Below the pieces are notes generated by a model that was not told the origin of the DNA, did not search any database, and saw only the letters and a program-made list of their open reading frames with translations. Below are positions 60,886-64,000 of a DNA stretch of 64,000 nt, piece by piece; within the stretch, counting starts at the first letter, position 1; each line of letters begins with the position of its first letter. The stretch lies in contig OU015566.1 of the NCBI GenBank assembly GCA_907165135.1, positions 5,580,001 through 5,644,000 on the forward strand, written 5' to 3'. The DNA comes from Oikopleura dioica. Lineage: Eukaryota > Animalia > Chordata. A program made the position numbers and the translations under genes.

Positions 60886-63800
60886 TCAAGAGAGAAGGAA
60901 TGCGCCCTGGCCTTCGGAAATGGCAAGGAGCAGTTTTTCGCGCATCAGCTTAAAGGGTGTTCTCTTCGATGATTTCAACTGATTGATACCTGAAGCGTCG
61001 GATAGTCTGGAAGCTTGAGATAATTCTGACAAGTCATGACGGACGGCAGATTATCCTCTGGATTCTCTCCTTCTTCGACCGTCTTTTTCACCACCGTCAA
61101 AGGAGGGTTCAGTGACTAAAAATCAGAAAATAGAAACAAGAGTTAAAATGGAAACTCAGCGCGGGTATATTTGTCCGACACTGGCGCGTGAAAAACATAC
61201 CCGCGCGCATTCTTATTATTTACTCGCGGGCCTGTTAAAGAGGATACTGAGTAATCTGGTGATTTTACTAACCTTGAGCCCGCCGACTGGGAGATGAGGA
61301 GAGCCCGTTGAGAAGCGGAGGAAATCCGCTTGCTCGTCACCGGTTAATTCGGAGAGAACGGTGTTGAAGAACTGAACTGCTCGGCAATTTGTGGAGTAAC
61401 CATGGTCGAAGCGAATGGCAGTTTCAAGCTCAAGAACCTAAAAACCGTTTTTAAATAAAAATCGCCTCTCATTTACTCACCGTCCATCGAGCTCTTTCTG
61501 ACCCGCAGAAAATTCTTGGCAGCTCCCATGGATGGAAGATTTTCAAATGCTTGATGTCGCACACTTCGCTGAAGCCGATCTTTATCGCTTGAAATTGTCG
61601 TCGAACACCCTGAACTCAAAATATAACTCGAGGTTCGACAAACTCAAGTACCTCAAGCATCGTCCAGTGAGTAACAAGATCGATGTACTTTGAAAGATTG
61701 TCGCCATTGACGGCTTTGCTTGCACCACTCTTCATCAACTCAAACTTGTTGAAACCGGGGAGGACGAAGTCGAGGTAAAGCTCGTCGATGCTGTCAACTT
61801 CTCCATTTGCTAAAAAAATATTTTAAATAGGAAAACAAAGGAGACCGCTTACAAGAGAATGTTTGCAGCTGCTGAAGAGAACGAGCCAACTGGGCGTCGA
61901 GTTCGTAAAGGTCCCGGAACTTAAGCGTCTCTTCTTCGGACAAAAGATAGCGACAGAGTAGAGGCGAGAGAGGTAGATCGAGAAGACGGCTATCTTTAAG
62001 AGCTCGGCCGAGCAGTTGTCCGAAGAACTGAAATCAACGATGAGAACGATCAAAAATTGAAGAGAAGGTACTTTGAACTTGTTGGTGATGTGAGTAACGG
62101 TACTCTTTTTGCAGGACTTTGCGATAGGATTAGGGAAAAGTCCTTCGCCACGGGTGGTGGAGTCGATCACTTGAGATTTTCCTATTTCTTGGTTCAGCGA
62201 TTACTTGATCAAAAAAGAGAAAAAAAAATGAACCAAGCCTTTTAGATTATCTTCAATTTGGCGATGGCCTCTCCAAAGACCCAAGTCTGTTCTTTGGATC
62301 TCCTTTGACACCTTAAATAATCATGAGACGCTGGTAGAATGTTCTGAAACTAACCAAAGTGTAAAACTCAAGTGTAGGACCGAGGCCAGTGCCGACTTCA
62401 TCCGAATATTGAACTTCGATGTAGGCGTTTGAATTTTTCGTTTTGTTAAGCAGCTCTTCAGCGTCTTGTAGAATTCGGCTTCGGTCGACGATTTTCTTTT
62501 CCCGCGAGCTGCGCTCCGAGTTGAGTCGTCGACTGGAGCTCATATCGTGGTCGGGGTTGCGCTCGACGAACTTGGCGAGGGCGCGTTGTCGGTCAAACGC
62601 GGTAATGTAGAACAGATAGCGTCGCAGGTCAAAGGGCAAAAGGAATGAACTGTTTTCAATGAGATCAGAGAGCCAGCTGGGCAGCGTACCCGAGAGTACG
62701 TTTAATGGATCCTAAATTGTTTTTCTTTGAATTTTTCTTTTGATAACCAACAAACCTGAAGTTGACGCCAGACTTTTGAAGTGATGGAATGGTTTTCGAA
62801 TTCCTCGGGTTCGATGAGCATCTTCTTGCTGCAACTATTGCTGGGCGAAAAGAGCGTTTGCCAGAAACGCGAGAGCCCGAATAAACCACGCAAAAGCCCA
62901 ACTAAATACGTATTTGAGAAAAAAAGAAATGAAGAATGATTCCGTACTAGCAGAGAAGAGGGTCGCTTCATCGTTTTGTTTTCCGGTCAAGCTGGTAAAA
63001 TAAGGTCTGATAGGGTTTTCTTGTGATTTGACGACTCCGTCGGTCCAGAGGGGCGAATCGGATGAAAGGTGCTTGATCTCGTGAATTTTTGGCTGCTTTT
63101 CTTTTTACTATCTTGATCCATGCTCTGAAGAAAGACCATAAGTACTTTTTATCGTTCCGCCGTTTAAAATTTCTTCCTAACTCATATCCAAACCGGACTT
63201 TTAGTCTAGTATACCTATCGTCTAATTTTGCCTAATATTTGCGCCCAACAAGAGTGGGTTATCAACTACAAAATACCTCTTTTGGGATAAGCTTGTAAGT
63301 AATCGTGAAGGTTCGTCCCCAGATCATATTCTGATATTCTTCGTCATCGGAGAGTTCAGAGCCAGACTCTTCACATTCTCTGATCGCCTGGTAGATTGTT
63401 ATGTTCGGCGCCAGTTTTTGGCCATTGATGAAAAGGTCAAGGAGTCGCTGACCCCGAGCGAAGGCGATGAATGAGGGCTGATCAGACTCGTCATCGGATT
63501 CTTATTATCGTTTATCAATCAAAAAGAGATGAAGCGAAAGGATACCTGAGTCGTTTTCTTCAGAGTCGGAATTGCGAACTTCTGTGACGGAAAAACCAAA
63601 GCCCTTCATCACCAAATGTCGTTCAATGGCAGAAACGGGCGCAAGAGGGTCAATTTTAACAGGTCCACTCGTCCATTGCTTCGTCTTTGGGCAACTTGGG
63701 TCTTTTTGAAGGACACATTTGACCTTTTTCTTTTGCTTAGTGTTCATAATTCTGTGAAACAAAAACGAATCAAGCAACCTATTGAACACTTTCCTGACTA

Positions 63801-64000
63801 TGCTGCGAGCCACCGGTCATACTTCGCCCATGTTGAATGTCAAACAATTTGACTGGGAACTTTTCCACATGCGAGACGATTTGGTGAATCTTAGCGACAA
63901 GCTTCTCCAGGAGCTCTGTGTTTTGAGGGATGACAACATCGGTAGTGTTCAATTCGGATTCTTTTGGCAGCGATGCGAATACTCGGAGAAACTCTTTTTG
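60886..64000 (-). CDS. TRIP12: TRIP12/UFD4-like HECT E3 ubiquitin ligase, 3' part; runs off the window
   Basis: [61 protein letters not shown]...EGQGAFLLS*. Confidence 0.95.

Noticed and set aside
1-64000. rRNA, tRNA, snRNA or SL RNA genes
   Set aside because: No cloverleaf, rRNA signature or convincing snRNA motif was found by eye; an Infernal/tRNAscan run would be decisive

Overview
AT-rich, compact eukaryotic genomic DNA with many short introns, several of them non-canonical GA-AG, and unpaired AG acceptors just before start codons. This pattern best fits the appendicularian tunicate Oikopleura (inference). Recognisable genes: TRIP12-like HECT ligase (3' part), RME-8/DNAJC13, a secreted PLA2-like protein, two convergent MGAT4-like glycosyltransferases, a type II C-type-lectin-like gene split by a hAT element, a probably GPI-anchored type-B carboxylesterase, an atypical Rho GTPase without CAAX, a PEBP-family gene, a short troponin I, and a large extracellular protein ending in a PLA2-like domain. 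There is also a four-copy tandem family of unknown coiled-coil proteins (8.3-17.8 kb). The most notable candidate is a divergent non-RD protein kinase followed by a papain-fold domain with intact Q/C/H/N catalytic spacing (35.6-38.9 kb), possibly one kinase-protease fusion. The window holds many non-autonomous DNA transposons with TA, TTAA, 8-bp and 9-bp target duplications, some nested three deep, but no transposase. No rRNA, tRNA or CRISPR array was seen. All gene models were translated by hand, with no database searches.
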